DNA of 64,000 nucleotides. Origin: an uncultured delta proteobacterium (GTDB lineage Bacteria; Desulfobacterota; Desulfobacteria; Desulfobacterales; SG8-13). The notes below the pieces were generated by a model. That model worked only from the letters and a program-made list of their open reading frames with translations, was not told the origin of the DNA and did no database searches. Of this stretch, positions 61,982-64,000 are shown piece after piece. The stretch spans positions 758,938 to 822,937 of the forward strand of contig CAWKCK010000018.1 of NCBI GenBank assembly GCA_963848135.1, read 5' to 3'. How positions within the stretch are numbered: the first letter of the stretch is position 1; every line of letters begins with the position of its first letter. The translations under genes were made by a program, and so were the position numbers.

Positions 61982-64000
61982 ATGGGATCCGATAAAACCA
62001 CGACAAGTGGATCAGTGATGGTTGTCGGTGCCGGTATTGCCGGCATGCAGGCGTCTCTGGATCTGGCCAATTCGAACTACAAGGTTTACCTGGTGGACAA
62101 ATCACCCACCATCGGCGGAATGATGTCCCGCTTGGACAAGACCTTTCCGACCAACGACTGCGCCATGTGAGTGATCTCGCCCAAACTGGTCGAGGTCGGC
62201 CGGCACATGAACATTGATTTGATCACTTGCAGCGAAGTTAAAGATGTCTCGGGCGAACCAGGGAACTTTTCGGTCTCGCTCGTCAATCGCCCCCGTTATA
62301 TCGATCCGGTAAAGTGCACCGGATGCGGGGAATGCGCCCGACATTGTCCGGTCACCGCCGTCAACCAGTACAATCTGGGCCTGGACGATCGCCGGGCCAC
62401 CTACATCGAATATGCCCAGGCGGTTCCTCTGGCTTTTGCGATCGACACCGACACCTGCATCGGTTGCGGCCTGTGTGAAAACATGTGCATCGCCAAGGCT
62501 GTCGAATACGACGATCAGGAACGCGAATCCACTGTTAAGGTCGGTTCTGTGATCGTTTCCGCCGGAAGCAAGGGGTATGACCCGTCTCACCTCGATTTTC
62601 TGGGGTACGGTAAATCACCCAACGTGGTGACCAGTGAGGAATTCGAAAGAATATTGAGCGCCTCGGGTCCCTACTTCGGCCACCTCATGCGACCGCTTGA
62701 TCGCGAACAACCCAAAAAGATCGCCTGGCTCCAGTGCGTCGGATCCCGTGACACTAACAAGTGCGGTAACGGATACTGCTCCTCGGTCTGCTGTATGTAC
62801 GCTGTCAAAGAGGCCATGATTGCCAAGGAACATGTCAAGGGCGATTTGGACTGCGCCATTTTCAACATGGACATGCGCACGTTTGGAAAGGATTACGAGC
62901 TTTACTACAACAGGGCCAAGGACAAGGACGGCGTCCGTTTCGTCAAATCCCGGATCCACACCATCGACGAGGAACGGGAGTCTGGCGATCTGGTCGTCAA
63001 ATACGTCGATGAAGCCGGCACTATGCAGGAGGAGACCTTCAGTATGGTGGTCCTCTCGGTGGGTCTTCAGATTCAACCGGACACCGTACAGCTGTCCGCT
63101 AAGCTCGGCATTGATCTGAACAGGTACAACTTTGTCAATACGCACCCTTTCAAACCCGTAGAGACCAATCGTCCGGGGGTTTTTGTGTGCGGCGTCATCC
63201 AGGGCCCCAAGGACATTCCCAGCTCGGTCACCGAAGCCAGCGCCGCCGCCTGCATCGCCGGGGCTAAACTGGCCGAGGCCCGCGGTCAGGACATTCCCAG
63301 GGTGGAAGTCCCGACAGAACGGGACATCACCGGCGAAGATCCGCGCATCGGGGTGTTCGTCTGCAACTGCGGCATCAACATCGGCGGCATTGTAGACGTT
63401 CCGGCCGTAAGGCAATACGCTGCCGGCCTGCCGAACGTGGTCTACTCCGACGAAAACCTCTTTACCTGCAGCCAGGACACCCAGGAGAAGATCAAGGAAA
63501 AGATCAAGGAGCATAATCTCAACCGGGTGGTGGTTGCCTCGTGTAGCCCCAAGACCCACGAACCGATGTTCATGGAAACCCTGGAAGCCTGCGGTCTTAA
63601 CCGCTATCTCTTTGAAATGGCCAACATCAGAAACCAGGATTCATGGATTCATTCCAAGGATCCGGATGCCGCCACCGCTAAGGCCAAGGATCTGGTGCGC
63701 ATGTCAATCGCCCGGGCCGCCAACCTGCGGACCCTGCACCAGAAAGTGGTACCGATCAACAAGCGGGCCTTGGTCATCGGTGGGGGTGTGGCCGGAATGA
63801 ACGCCGCCCTGGGTCTCGGCAACCAAGGATTTGAGGTTTCCCTGGTGGAAAAGAACGCCGAGCTGGGCGGATTCTCCCGCAAGCTGCACCACACCATCGA
63901 AGGCGAGGATATCCAGGGTTATCTCAAGGACCTTGTCGCCGATGTACAGGCCAACGAAAAAATCGATGTTCTGACAGATGCCCAAATCGTGGGTGCCGAA
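61982..64000 (+). CDS. hdrA: Third HdrA-like flavoprotein, selenoprotein (Sec63), runs off window end
   Basis: [28 protein letters not shown] (62168-62170); then CTGCGEC, QCVGSR, CSSVCC, VFVCNCG. Confidence 0.9.
62186..62203 (+). promoter_or_regulatory. SECIS hairpin
   Basis: ctggtcg-aggt-cggccgg; GG at +24. Confidence 0.75.

Overview
64-kb window that reads as a deltaproteobacterial anaerobe, probably a Desulfobacterales-like sulfate reducer (inferred from gene content). In order: a 3'-truncated membrane PAS sensor; a type II secretion operon gspF-G-H-I-J-K-L-M-D-E lacking gspC/N/O; GT2, PilZ and hrpA; a CoA-disulfide reductase/NADH oxidase; yjbQ; two kinases and a diguanylate cyclase; aroE; a sigma54-driven metF'-hdrA(GltD-fused)-mvhD-metV-metF operon followed by a receiver and an HdrD-like Fe-S protein; an Mrp/Mnh antiporter cluster with an embedded cNMP-binding gene and five +1 frameshifts; a sigma54-driven pair of GcvH-like proteins lacking the lipoyl lysine, facing a kinase/sigma54 activator/archaemetzincin operon; a Usp; and a second hdrA-mvhD-hdrA cluster running off the right end. 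The ORF track splits seven genes at in-frame UGA codons. Each sits at a conserved Cys position and is followed by a GG-loop hairpin, so I call them selenoproteins. The best candidates for an undescribed system are the Cys-rich non-lipoylated GcvH-like module (51-57 kb) and the Sec-containing HdrL/MvhD/MetVF/MetF' complex (27.7-39 kb). No tRNA, rRNA, CRISPR array or transposase was seen. All calls come from reading motifs; no searches were run.
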